This document shows positions 27,766 through 38,288 of a stretch of DNA of 64,000 nt, piece by piece. Numbering within the stretch: the stretch's first letter is position 1; each line of letters begins with the position of its first letter. A program made the position numbers and the translations under genes. Below the pieces are notes generated by a model. It did not search any database. It had not been told where the DNA came from and worked only from the letters and a program-made list of their open reading frames with translations. The stretch comes from an uncultured Gemmatimonadaceae bacterium (GTDB taxonomy: Bacteria; Gemmatimonadota; Gemmatimonadetes; Gemmatimonadales; Gemmatimonadaceae): the NCBI GenBank assembly GCA_963751275.1, contig CAVVTZ010000009.1:96001-160000 (forward strand), read 5' to 3'.

Positions 27766-29322
27766 CTACTCCCGCCAGCGCGCGCCCATGCGAGAAATGA
27801 ACTCGTCCGCGATCTTCGGCCCCCACGTGCCCGCCGCGTAGTTCGGGAAGTGGTCCGGTTTCTTGTTCGCCCAATACGCGATGATCGGGTCCACCGCGCT
27901 CCACGCCGCCTCCACCTCATCGCTGCGCGTGAAGCGCGTCGCGTCGCCGAGCATCGCGTCGAGCAGCAGCGTTTCGTAGGCATCGTGGCTCACGGACGAG
28001 AACGCCTCGTCATACCCGAAGTCCATGAGCACGCTCGCCGGATTCATCCCCGGCCCCGGCGTCTTCACCTCGAAACGGATCGCGATCTTCTCCTCGGGCT
28101 GGATCCCGATCACCAGCACGTTCGGCGCGATCTCCTCGCCGGCCGCCAGCGGGAACATCAGGTGCGGCGGCTGACGGAACTGGATGGCGATCTCGGTCGT
28201 GCGGCGGTTGAGCCGTTTGCCCGACCGCAGGTAGAACGGCACGCCCTGCCAGCGCCAATTGTCCACCATGAAGCGCACCGCGGCGTACGTCGCAATGCCC
28301 GATGCGGGACTCACGCCCTGCTCCTCACGGTAGCCCGGCACGGCCTTCCCGTCGATGATCCCCGCCGCGTACTGCCCGCGCACCACATACTCGTGCATCT
28401 CCTCGGGGCTCGGGCTCCGCAACGCGCGCAGCACCTTCACCTTCTCGTCGCGCACGGCGTCGGCGCTGAACGTCACCGGCGGCTCCATCGCCGCGAGCGT
28501 GAGCAACTGCAGCAGGTGGTTCTGGAACATGTCGCGCACTACGCCGGCCTGTTCGTAGTAGCCGCCGCGATGCTCCACCCCCACGCTCTCCGCCGCCGTG
28601 ATCTGCACGTGATGCACGTGCTGCCGGTTCCACACGGGCTCGAAGATCGAATTGGCGAAGCGGAACATCAGCAGGTTCTGGACGGTCTCCTTGCCCAGAT
28701 AATGATCGAGCCGGTAGATCTGCCGCTCGGAGAACGCCGCCTGCACCTCGCGGTTCAGCGTGCGCGCACTCTCGAGACTCGTGCCGAACGGCTTCTCGAT
28801 GAGCACGCGGCGGTACGGCTTGTGTGCCGGCCCCGTGGTGCGCGGCGCCACGCCGCTCGCCGAGAGCTGGGCGATGGTGGAGGGATACAGCTGCGGCGGG
28901 ATCGCGAGATAGAACAGGTGTCCGCTCCCCTCGGGCAGCGCGCATCCATCGAGCATGCTCGCGAGCCGCGCGTACGTGCCTGGATCGTTGAGCTCGCCCT
29001 GCACGTAGAAGAGCTGTTGCTCCAGCGAGAGCCAGGTCTTCGTGTCCAGCGTGCCGGGTCCGAACTCGGTGCAGCCTTTGAGCATCGCCGCGCGGAAGCT
29101 CCCCGTGTCGAGCGGCTCGCGCGCCACGCCGATCACCGCCATCTGCTCCGGCAGCACGCCGTCGGCGCGCATGTGGTAGAGCGCGGGCATCAGCTTGCGC
29201 CGCGTGAGGTCGCCGCCCGCGCCGAAGATCACGAGCGCGCACGGCTCGGCTTCGCGCGTCACGCCCGTGAGCGCCGGCATCGCGGTGGTGACGCGCACCT
29301 GCACCGAGGGGCGCGCGGTCAT
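27766..29322 (-). CDS. zwf: Glucose-6-phosphate dehydrogenase
   Basis: GAGGDL, IEKPFG, RLDHYLGKE, WRWQGVPFYLRSGK. Confidence 0.95.
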   Translation of the reverse strand: MTARPSVQVRVTTAMPALTGVTREAEPCALVIFGAGGDLTRRKLMPALYHMRADGVLPEQMAVIGVAREPLDTGSFRAAMLKGCTEFGPGTLDTKTWLSLEQQLFYVQGELNDPGTYARLASMLDGCALPEGSGHLFYLAIPPQLYPSTIAQLSASGVAPRTTGPAHKPYRRVLIEKPFGTSLESARTLNREVQAAFSERQIYRLDHYLGKETVQNLLMFRFANSIFEPVWNRQHVHHVQITAAESVGVEHRGGYYEQAGVVRDMFQNHLLQLLTLAAMEPPVTFSADAVRDEKVKVLRALRSPSPEEMHEYVVRGQYAAGIIDGKAVPGYREEQGVSPASGIATYAAVRFMVDNWRWQGVPFYLRSGKRLNRRTTEIAIQFRQPPHLMFPLAAGEEIAPNVLVIGIQPEEKIAIRFEVKTPGPGMNPASVLMDFGYDEAFSSVSHDAYETLLLDAMLGDATRFTRSDEVEAAWSAVDPIIAYWANKKPDHFPNYAAGTWGPKIADEFISRMGARWRE

Positions 29323-31292
29323 GCGGTCACCTTGGCGGCCGCGGTCCGGCGCACGGCGGTGAGCCGTCGCCAGGCGCGCAGCGTCTCGGCGACGCTCCAC
29401 GCCTGCGCGGGACAGCCGCGCGCCGCGTGCGGCGCGTCGCCATCGAAGATCTCGGAGATCTGCTCCATGCATGCCTCATCGAGATGATGTTGCAACCCGG
29501 TGAACGATCCCTGCAGCCGCGCGCGCGCGGCGTTGGTATCGCCGTCCCCATATAATGATGCATCCACGAACGCGCCAAGCAGCCAGGGCCAAACGGTACC
29601 TTGGTGGTACGCGCCGTCGCGCGACTCGGGGTCGCCCTCGCATTGGCCGCGGTACTGCGGATCCGAGGGCGCGAGTGTGCGGAGCCCCACCGGCGTCAGC
29701 AGATGCTGCGTGACGAACTTGATCATGCGCGACGCCTGCGCGCGCGCGAGCAGCGGGTACGGGAGCGACGCGGCGAAGATCTGATTGGGGCGCACGCTCA
29801 GGTCGCGTCCGCCATCGGGCGCGATCACATCATAGAGCGAGCCCGTGCCCTCATCCCAGAAGGTGGCCAGGAACGCCTCGCGCGTCCGCTCGGCGAGGCG
29901 GCGCGTCTTCGCGGCGTCCTTCTTCGTGCCGCGACGCGACTGGATCTCGCTCAGCACGCGGCGCGCGTTGTACCAGAGCGCGTTGATCTCCACCGCCTTC
30001 CCGCGGCGCGGGGTGATCACGCGGCCGTTCACGCGCGCGTCCATCCACGTGAGCGCCACGCCGTCCGCACCCTGGGTCACGAGACCGTCGGCATCCTCGC
30101 GGATCCCGAAATCGGTGCCGGCCGAGTACGCGAGCACGATGGACTCGAGCGCATCGCCGAGGGCGCCATCGGCGAGCGCGGTGTCGCCGCCCGCCAGGCG
30201 GAAATGGTGCAACGCCACGGCGAACCAGAGGCTCGCGTCCACGGTGTTGTATTCCGCTTCGGCGCCGGTGTCGGAGAAGCGGTTGGGGAGGAGCCCGCGG
30301 CGCGTGTTCGCGGCGAAGGTGGTGAGGATGCGCGCCGCATCGTCGAGACGGCCGGTGGCGCGCGTGAGCCCGGGCAGGGCGATCATCGCATCGCGCCCCC
30401 AGTCGCCGAACCACGGATAGCCCGCGATCACGGACATTCCGCGCGGCGGGCGCGCGACGGTGAACGCGGTCGCGGCCACCGCGAGGCGGCGCGTGAATGC
30501 GTCATCGGGCGTCACCTGCGCAGCCACGGTGGCGCGGCGTTTGGTCTCCGCGGCTTCGAGCGCGTCCGCGGACGCGGAGGCGCGGCCCGAGGCGTTGTAG
30601 ATGAGATCGGCCGATTTCCCCGTGGCGAGCGCGAGTTCGATCACGAACGGCGCGAAGGCATCCTCGTGGAACGCGAGCCCGCGCTCCATTTCGCGAAGGT
30701 ATTCGAAGCGCCGGAACCACTGCGGATCGCTGCGCAGATTCGCGTCGCCATAGTGCAGCGCCAGCGCGACGCCGCCCAGCGATGAGGCGCACTTCGCGAT
30801 GCCGTTCGCCGCGGCGACGTCCACCGTCCAACCATTGGCCTCGCTCCGCCGCGCGTGATGATCGCGGCACACGAAGAACGGCCGCACCGCCAGCGTGCAC
30901 GGGGCGCCTTCGAGGAGTTTGTACCGAACCACCGTGCTGTTCGCGCCGCGCACCATGAAGAGACGCCGCTCGATGCGCGCGTCGCCCACGCGATACACCC
31001 ACGTCGGGAATGGCGCGGCGCTGAACGATTCGATGTGCGTCCAGCCGTCCGGTGACACGGCGCCGGGGTACTGATGCGCCGAAAGGTAGACCGGCGGATC
31101 GCGCACGATCCACTCATCCCACGTCGTGATGATCAGCTCGCGTTCCGCGGGCGACCGGTTGTTCGCGACGAGCAATCCGTGATAGCCGCGCGTGCCCGCG
31201 CCGGACACGGTGCCCATTGCGTAGCCGCCCAGTCCGTTCGTCTCGAGCCACTCGAGCGCGGCGAGCGACGCGAAGTCGGAGGGGAGCGTCAC
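29319..31292 (-). CDS. Amylo-alpha-1,6-glucosidase (glycogen debranching enzyme, GH133-type)
   Basis: EWLETNGLGGY, AGYPWFGDWGRD, TWMDA, YHQGTVWPW, AQAWSVAE. Confidence 0.92.
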   Translation of the reverse strand: MTLPSDFASLAALEWLETNGLGGYAMGTVSGAGTRGYHGLLVANNRSPAERELIITTWDEWIVRDPPVYLSAHQYPGAVSPDGWTHIESFSAAPFPTWVYRVGDARIERRLFMVRGANSTVVRYKLLEGAPCTLAVRPFFVCRDHHARRSEANGWTVDVAAANGIAKCASSLGGVALALHYGDANLRSDPQWFRRFEYLREMERGLAFHEDAFAPFVIELALATGKSADLIYNASGRASASADALEAAETKRRATVAAQVTPDDAFTRRLAVAATAFTVARPPRGMSVIAGYPWFGDWGRDAMIALPGLTRATGRLDDAARILTTFAANTRRGLLPNRFSDTGAEAEYNTVDASLWFAVALHHFRLAGGDTALADGALGDALESIVLAYSAGTDFGIREDADGLVTQGADGVALTWMDARVNGRVITPRRGKAVEINALWYNARRVLSEIQSRRGTKKDAAKTRRLAERTREAFLATFWDEGTGSLYDVIAPDGGRDLSVRPNQIFAASLPYPLLARAQASRMIKFVTQHLLTPVGLRTLAPSDPQYRGQCEGDPESRDGAYHQGTVWPWLLGAFVDASLYGDGDTNAARARLQGSFTGLQHHLDEACMEQISEIFDGDAPHAARGCPAQAWSVAETLRAWRRLTAVRRTAAAKVTA

Positions 31293-32533
31293 GAAGCGGA
31301 GGCGGCGGAGCGGCGCGCGGCGCGCGGCTGCCGGCCAGCGACGCGCTCGAGACCGCAGCGCACGCGCAGGTCCTGGATCACGTGCATGTAGTAGATGTAC
31401 GCGTCGTACGGCGAGCCGTAGGGGCTGAAATACTTGTGGACGTCGCCGTCCGCGAACCACTTGAGGCACATGTAATAGAAGTGGTCGCTCGTGAGCAGCC
31501 GGCGCCAATCCTGCAGCAGCGCGGCGTCACCCAGCGCGAGCACCGGCTCGCGCAGCGCATAGATCGCCTTCGCCGCTTCGGTCTGCAGGCTGTTGCCCAT
31601 CCACGCCGTGAGGTCGCGGTCCACATCCGCCCACGAGATCCATTCGGGGCAGTGGAGCACGTCGCGCGCGGGCAGATCGTGCACGAGCTCGGACGGCGTC
31701 GCGAAGCGCAGCTGCGGGTAGCGCAGGATCTCGCCCGGCAGGGCGCGCAGGAAATCGAAGATCCCCGTGGCTTGCCACTGGTGCTCGCCGAACGTCTCGT
31801 AATCGAGGAAGAGGTTCACCGTCTCCATCGATCCGTCGAGCGCGCGCACCCACGCCGCGAACTTCGGCGCGGTGAGCGGCCAGTCGCGCCAGCTGCGCTC
31901 GGAGAAGCGGAACGCGATGTCGTCGGAGAGCTGCGCGTACTTGGTGAGCACCACGAGCTGCTCGGCGCCGGCGGCCTTGAACGCCTGGCCCGGCGAGCGG
32001 CCCGCGAGCACGCGCGGCACGCCGTCGGCGAGCACACCCGCGAATCCGAGCTGCGCGACGTGCTCCGCGAGCCGGTCGCTGTAGATGAGCTCGGTGTTCC
32101 GGAAGACCGTGGGCGCCCGTCCGGTGAGCGCGGTGATGCGTGCGCGGTGCGCGGCTACCTCGAGATCGAATTCCTCCCAGTCACTCAGCGCGCTGAGCGA
32201 GTGATTGTCCGTCTCGCACAGGAATTCGACGCAGCCGGTGCGCGCGAGCGCCTCGAAGCTCCGCACGACGTCGGGCGCGTACGCGGCGAGCTGGTCGAGC
32301 ACGGTGCCGGTGATGCTGAAGCTCACCTTGAACCGGCCGGCGTGCCGGTCGATGAGCTCGAGCAGCAGGCGGTTCGTGGGCGTGTAGCACTTGGCCGCGA
32401 CGCGCTGCAGGATGCCGGCGTTCTTCTCGTCGTCGAAGTAGTGCGCCGCCTTGCCGACGCCCACGTCGAAGGTGGAGAAATGGCGGAGCCGGTACGGCTG
32501 GTGCACCTGGAAATAGAAACAGACCGCGGCCAT
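31289..32533 (-). CDS. GH57 alpha-amylase-like
   Basis: YFQVHQP, FRNTELIY, DYETFGEH, SDHFYYM. Confidence 0.92.
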   Translation of the reverse strand: MAAVCFYFQVHQPYRLRHFSTFDVGVGKAAHYFDDEKNAGILQRVAAKCYTPTNRLLLELIDRHAGRFKVSFSITGTVLDQLAAYAPDVVRSFEALARTGCVEFLCETDNHSLSALSDWEEFDLEVAAHRARITALTGRAPTVFRNTELIYSDRLAEHVAQLGFAGVLADGVPRVLAGRSPGQAFKAAGAEQLVVLTKYAQLSDDIAFRFSERSWRDWPLTAPKFAAWVRALDGSMETVNLFLDYETFGEHQWQATGIFDFLRALPGEILRYPQLRFATPSELVHDLPARDVLHCPEWISWADVDRDLTAWMGNSLQTEAAKAIYALREPVLALGDAALLQDWRRLLTSDHFYYMCLKWFADGDVHKYFSPYGSPYDAYIYYMHVIQDLRVRCGLERVAGRQPRAARRSAASAS

Positions 32534-32534
32534 G

Positions 32535-33677
32535 TCAGCGGCTCCCGGCGAGCAGCGGCGCGTACAGCTCCGTGATCCGCGCGCCCGCGCGCTCCCAGCT
32601 CCATTTCTCCACACTCGCGCGGCCGCGCGCGGCGAGTTCGCGCCGCAGCGTGGGGTAGGTGAGCGCCGCCAGGATCCGGTCGGCCATTTGCCGCACGTTC
32701 CAGAAGTCCACGAGCAGCACGTCGCGCGCGACCTCGGTCACGCCGGCGCCGCGGTCGAGGATCACCGGCGTCCCGGCGCGCAGCGCCTCGAGCGCCGCGA
32801 TCCCGAACGGTTCCGACACACTCGGCATCACGAACACGTCGGCGCTCGCGAGCAAACGCGCGGCATTGTCGGGGGGCACGAAGCCGGTGAACAGGATGCT
32901 CTTCCCCAGCTCCAGGCCGGCCACGTGCTGCATCAGCCGGCCGCGCATGTCGCCGTCGCCCGCCACCACGAACAGCACCTCCGGTTCGTGCTGCAGCACG
33001 AGGCGCGCCGCCTCCACGAAATAGTCGGGCCCCTTCTGGAAGGTGACGCGCCCCAGGAAGAGCACCATCGGGCGGTGCGGCGTGTCGTCAGCCCCATCGG
33101 CGAGCCAGGGCGCGTCGCGGTCCACGGAGTTGTGCACCACGTGCACGCGCGACGGATCGGCGCCGTAGCGGCGGATCACGATGTCGCGCGTGTACGCGCT
33201 CACGGCGATCACCGCCGACGCGCTGTGCACCGCCGCGCGCTCGATGGCCATCACGCCCTCGTTGCCATGCTCGCCGGCGCGGTCGAACTCGGTGGCGTGC
33301 ACGTGCAGCACCCACGGCCGATGATGCTCCGCCGCGATCCGCATCGCCGCCGGCGCGGTGAGCCAATCGTGCGCGTGGATCACGTCGAAGCGCACGGTGC
33401 GCGCGATCGCCGACGCCGCGATCGCGTACTGCTCCACCGCGCCGAACATGCCGTACAGCGCTTCGCCCGCGCCCTCATAGCCGCCGGGCGCCCCTTCACG
33501 GAACACGCCGTGCACGGTGAGGTGCGGCGCGCCGGCCGCACCCTCCGCGTTCGCCACGATCAACTGCACCTCGAGCCCGGCCGCGAGCAACCCGCGCACG
33601 ATGCCGGCGGTGGCCGGCGCCAACCCCCCCGTCACGTGCGGCGGATATTCCCAGCCGAGCATCAGGACGGTGGTCAC
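32535..33677 (-). CDS. GT4 glycosyltransferase (putative alpha-glucan synthase)
   Basis: GWEYPP..GGL, HAHDW, QKG, SEPFGI. Confidence 0.9.
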   Translation of the reverse strand: MTTVLMLGWEYPPHVTGGLAPATAGIVRGLLAAGLEVQLIVANAEGAAGAPHLTVHGVFREGAPGGYEGAGEALYGMFGAVEQYAIAASAIARTVRFDVIHAHDWLTAPAAMRIAAEHHRPWVLHVHATEFDRAGEHGNEGVMAIERAAVHSASAVIAVSAYTRDIVIRRYGADPSRVHVVHNSVDRDAPWLADGADDTPHRPMVLFLGRVTFQKGPDYFVEAARLVLQHEPEVLFVVAGDGDMRGRLMQHVAGLELGKSILFTGFVPPDNAARLLASADVFVMPSVSEPFGIAALEALRAGTPVILDRGAGVTEVARDVLLVDFWNVRQMADRILAALTYPTLRRELAARGRASVEKWSWERAGARITELYAPLLAGSR

Positions 33678-35707
33678 GGCACGGCACGCAGGATGTCCGT
33701 GAGGCGGCCGAGCCGCGCCGTCTCCTGGCCGCAGGTGGGACAGACGCTGAAGCGGCCGGCGCGCACCATGTACTCGCGTACGGCGCGCACATACGCGGCA
33801 TGGCTCCATGTGAGCGGCGACACCGAGAGCGGCTCGCCCGTGTACGGATCGAGCTGCTCGGCCATCACTCCCGAGGTGAACGCGCGATCCGCCGCCCACT
33901 CGAGCAGTTTCCGCGCCTTGGAGAGTTCTTCGGTGCTCCGCGCGCGCATCACGTGGTAGCGCGCCATCCAGAGCGTGCAGATGAACCACGGATTCCCGGG
34001 CACGCGCTTGGTGTCGCTCTTCTCCACCTGGTGGTAATAGTCGTTCTCGTAGCGCGCGAGGCCGCCGATGTCGGTCTGCACCCAGAGCCGCTCCTCCACC
34101 TGCCGCAGCGTGCTCGCGACGTACGGCGACTCGATCGACAGCACCGAGAACTCGGTGAGCGCATAGAGCGCAGAGTCGATCGTCATGTCGAGCGTGTACC
34201 CGTTGGGGCCCGGCGTCGCCATGCGCGCGAAACGCTGGTCCTTCTCGCTCCACATGATCGACATCATCGCCTCGACCATCCGCTCGGCGCCCGCGTGACA
34301 GCGCGCGGCGCGCTGCTCCTCGCCGAACGCCGAGGCCACCTGCGCGGCGGCGCGGAGCCCCGAGATCACCGTGCACACCGTGTAGAAGTGCACCCCCCAG
34401 CGCTCTTCCCAGAGATCCCACGAAGGGAGCGGGAGGCCCGTCGCCTGGTCCACGTGGCGCAGGAGGAAATCGGCCGGTCGCGTGACGAGCGCGCGGTAGA
34501 AGGGCGCCGTCTCCTCCACGCGCTGGAAGAGCGTGAAGTACTGCCACACCGCCCACACGACGAGCGCGGTCTCGTCCTCCTGGATGGGGAGCACCGTGTG
34601 GCCGTCGCGCATCGCGCCGTGCCACGAGGAGGCGACCATCCCGTCGGGATTGTACTTGTGCCGCAGATAGCCTTCCGGCGTGACGGCCTTCGCGCAGAAC
34701 TCGAAGAACTTCGTGGCCGCGCCCATGTGGCCCGTGCTCATGAGCGCGGACATCACGAGCGCGCCGTCGCGCGGCCACATGTACGCGTAGGTGTCGCGCG
34801 CGAGCTGCGCGATGTCGGAATCGGTGGCGGCGATCACGGCGCCATCGTGGTCCACGTGCGAGCGGATGATCAGCAGGCTCTGGCGATAGCGCTCCACGAC
34901 GCTCGCCGGGAGATCGGCCGTGGCGCGCTGCTCGCGGCTCACCCAGAGCTGCCAATAGTGCCGCGTGCGGCGGAGCAGTTCCTCGGGCGACTTGGTGCGC
35001 ACGACCTGGTCGATGGTCGTCGACCTCGGCCATGTCGCGCCCCGCCGCCATCCAGTAGTAGACCTCGCGTTCCGCGTTCGCGCCGACCGTGAGCGCGATG
35101 CCCATGGTGGAATCCACCGAGCCCTGCGCGATCGCGTTGCCGCTGAGGTTCCCATCCTCGGCGTCGCGCCACGTGCCCTCGGCGGAGCCGACGTCCTTCG
35201 TGCCGCAGGCGTACGACGTCATGCCGACCTTGTCGCCGATGCGGCAGTTCATCAGGAAGTAGCGGTCATCCTTGTAATGGATGAGCGATCCCGTTTCCGG
35301 CGAGAACATTGCCGTGTCGCCCACTTCGTGGCCGAGGATCCGGAAGTTGTGGTGGTAGAAGAGGCGGACCTCGCGCGGGTGATCGGCGAGATTGTGCACG
35401 ACCACGCGCCGCACGAGCACGTTCTCGAAGAAATCCACGGCGTCGGCGCACGTAGAGCGAGATCGCGCAGCTCGCGGCTGATCGCGCTGACCTCGGTGGA
35501 CATCGAGTCCTCGGCATACCGCATGTCGAGTTCCCAATCGGGGCCCATCCAGCGGCACGTCCCGTCGACGAAGACGCCGAAGCGGAAGGGGCGGCCGACC
35601 GCGTGATTCTCCTTGCCGACGCGCGGGAAGTAGATGTCGCGGAGAACGTACTGTCGGTCGAAGGCGACGTGCAGCCGGCCATTCGAGAGCGGGAGGTCAC
35701 GCGGCAT
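33674..35707 (-). CDS. GH15 glucoamylase-like, frameshifts near 35455 and 35020
   Basis: MPRDLPLSNG, YMWPRDGA, DLWEER, MAEQ, SPLTWSHA spread across three frames. Confidence 0.88.
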
Positions 35708-35811
35708 GCGCGGCACGGTCTGAGAACGGGCGCATCCTAGGTACCTAAGTGCCGGAGATTGGGGGACTCGCAATGTACCGCCCACGCGGAGCCGGACGCT
35801 AGGAGACGAGC

Positions 35812-35935
35812 CGTTCGGGAGTCGGGAGTCGGGAATCAACGGCCCCGAACAAAGCCCCCTTGCCTCGCCCCTACGGGGAGGCATCTTCGTTCTCCCGGGC
35901 GTCGCCGTCGATTCCCGACTCCCGACTCCCGAACG
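35812..35935. repeat. Inverted TCGGGA-heptamer arrays (32-bp IR, 1 mismatch) around a hairpin in the divergent promoter region
   Basis: cgttcgggagtcgggagtcgggaatcaacggc / gccgtcgattcccgactcccgactcccgaacg. Confidence 0.85.
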
Positions 35936-35939
35936 CGGA

Positions 35940-36539
35940 ATGCCTGTGAGCCCCCTTCCCCTCGTCTATCTCGCCCGCCACGGGGAAACGGAGTGGAGTC
36001 TCAGCGGAAGACACACCGGCCTCACGGACATTCCCCTCACCGCGCGCGGGGAGGCGGCGGCGCGCGCCCTGGGCCCGCCGCTTCGGGGGATCCAGTTCAC
36101 GCAGGTGCGCACGAGCCCGTTACAGCGCGCCAGCCGCACCTGCGAGCTGGCCGGGTTCGCGTCGGTCGCATTGGTCGATCCCGATCTCGTCGAGTGGAAC
36201 TACGGGAATTATGAAGGACGGAAGACGGATGAGATCCTCGCCGAGCGGCCGGGGTGGCAGCTCTTTCGCGACGGCTGCCCGGGTGGGGAATCGCCCGCCG
36301 ATGTCGGCGCGCGCGCCGACCGCGTGGTGGCGCGCGCGCGGGCGGCGGGCGGCAATGTGCTGCTCTTCTCGAGCGGCCACTTCCTGCGCACCCTCGCGGC
36401 GCGGTGGCTCGGGCTGCCCCCGGCCGATGGCCGCCTGCTCTATCTCGCGACGGCCACCTTGAGCACGTTGGGGTACGAGCATAGTCTCACAGAACCGGTA
36501 TTGCGGCTCTGGAACTCCATTCCCGCCACGCGGACCTGA
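35940..36539 (+). CDS. Histidine phosphatase (PGM family, sugar-phosphate phosphatase-like)
   Basis: RHGETEWS, SPLQRA, EWNYG, SGH. Confidence 0.9.
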   Translation: MPVSPLPLVYLARHGETEWSLSGRHTGLTDIPLTARGEAAARALGPPLRGIQFTQVRTSPLQRASRTCELAGFASVALVDPDLVEWNYGNYEGRKTDEILAERPGWQLFRDGCPGGESPADVGARADRVVARARAAGGNVLLFSSGHFLRTLAARWLGLPPADGRLLYLATATLSTLGYEHSLTEPVLRLWNSIPATRT

Positions 36540-36543
36540 AGCC

Positions 36544-37630
36544 ATGAACGCCACACGGACACTCCACGACCTCGGCCAGAGTCTCTGGCTCGACAATATC
36601 ACGCGCGGGCTGCTCTCGAGCGGCACGCTGAAGCGCTACATCGACGAACTCTCGGTGACGGGACTCACGTCCAATCCGACGATCTTCGATCTCGCGCTCA
36701 AGGGCAGCACCGACTACGACGCCGACATTCTCGAAGAAGCTGAAGCAGGGCAAGTCGGGCGAGTCACTCTTCTTCGAGCTGGCGATCGACGATCTCACGC
36801 GCGCGGCCGATCTCTTCCGCCCGGTGCACGACAAGACCGCCGGGGTGGACGGTTGGGTCTCGCTCGAGGTGTCGCCGCTGCTGGCGTACGACACGAAGAC
36901 CACGCTCGCGATGGCGAAGAGCCTGCACGCGAGCGCCGGCCGCCCGAATCTCTTCATCAAGATCCCCGGCACGAAGGAGGGATTGCCGGCCATCGAGGAA
37001 GCGACCTTCGCGGGCGTGCCGATCAACGTCACGCTGCTCTTCTCGCGCGAGCAATACCTCGCGGCGGCGGAGGCCTATCTGCGCGGCATCGAGCGGCGCA
37101 TCGCGGCGGGGCTGTCGCCGAACGTCACGTCGGTGGCATCGGTGTTCATCAGCCGGTGGGACGCCGCGGTCGCCGCGAAGGTCCCGCCGGAGCTCGTGAA
37201 CAAGCTCGGCATCGCGATCAGCCGGCGCTGCTACAAGGCGTATCTCGATCTCATCCAGTCGCCGCGCTATCTCGCGGTGCTGAACGCCGGCGCGCGGCCG
37301 CAGCGGCTGCTGCTCGCGAGCACCGGCACGAAGGATCCCAAGGCGAGCGACGTGATGTACATCGAGGCGCTCGCCGCGCCGTTCACGGTGAACACGATCC
37401 CCGAGGCGACGCTCAAGGCGTTCGCCGACCACGGGAAACCGGGCGCGACGATGCCGCGCGACGGCGGCGACTGCGAGCAGGTGCTCGCCCAGTTCACGAA
37501 GGCCGGTGTGAACATCGATGAGGTGGCCGCGAAGCTGCAGAGCGACGGCGCCGCGTCGTTCGTGAAGTCATGGAACGAGTTGATGGCCGGACTCGAAGCC
37601 AAGAGCGCCACGCTCAAGAAGGCCGGCTGA
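36544..37630 (+). CDS. tal: Transaldolase, frameshift near 36733
   Basis: GQSLWLD, GLTSNPTIF, VSLEVSP, FIKIP, NVTLLFS. Confidence 0.93.
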
Positions 37631-37631
37631 G

Positions 37632-38288
37632 ATGCACGTGCTCGCGGTGGACGTGGGCGGCACGAACGTGAAGATCCTCGCCTCCGGTCAAACGGAGGCG
37701 AGGCGCTTTCCGTCCGGCACCGGCCTCACACCGAAGGAGATGGTGGCCGGCGTGAAGAAACTCGCGAAAGGCTGGGAGTTCGAGGCGGTCTCGATCGGCT
37801 ATCCCGGGCTCGTCATTCGCGGCAAGCCGATCGCCGACCCGCACAATCTCGCGCCGGGATGGGTCGGCTTCGATTTCGCGGCGGCCTTCGGCTGCCCCGT
37901 GAAGGTGATCAACGATGCCGCGATGCAGGCGCTGGGCAGCTATCAGGGCGGCCGCATGCTCTTCCTGGGACTCGGCACGGGACTCGGCACCGCGCTCATC
38001 GATGACGGCGAGTTGGAACCGATGGAACTGGCGCACGTGCCGTACAAGAAGAAGACGTACGAGGATTACGTGGGCGCGCGCGCGCAGAAGAAATTCGGCA
38101 AGAAGAAGTGGCGGAAGAACGTCGAAGAGGTCGTCGAGAACCTGCGCGGCATCTTCGAGCCCACCGACATCGTGCTGGGCGGCGGGAACGTGAAGCAGCT
38201 CAAGGAACTTCCCGCCGGATGCCGCGCCGGCGACAATGCGAACGCGTTCACCGGCGGCTTCCGCCTGTGGGAGCAGCGCGGCGCGTGA
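37632..38288 (+). CDS. ROK-family (polyphosphate) glucokinase
   Basis: DVGGT, NDAA, GLGTGLG, ELAH, GGGN. Confidence 0.85.
   Translation: MHVLAVDVGGTNVKILASGQTEARRFPSGTGLTPKEMVAGVKKLAKGWEFEAVSIGYPGLVIRGKPIADPHNLAPGWVGFDFAAAFGCPVKVINDAAMQALGSYQGGRMLFLGLGTGLGTALIDDGELEPMELAHVPYKKKTYEDYVGARAQKKFGKKKWRKNVEEVVENLRGIFEPTDIVLGGGNVKQLKELPAGCRAGDNANAFTGGFRLWEQRGA

Noticed and set aside
32535..35558. 1007-aa GH15-GT4 fusion
   Set aside because: Artefact of the GH15 frameshifts; GT4 starts at GTG 33677.
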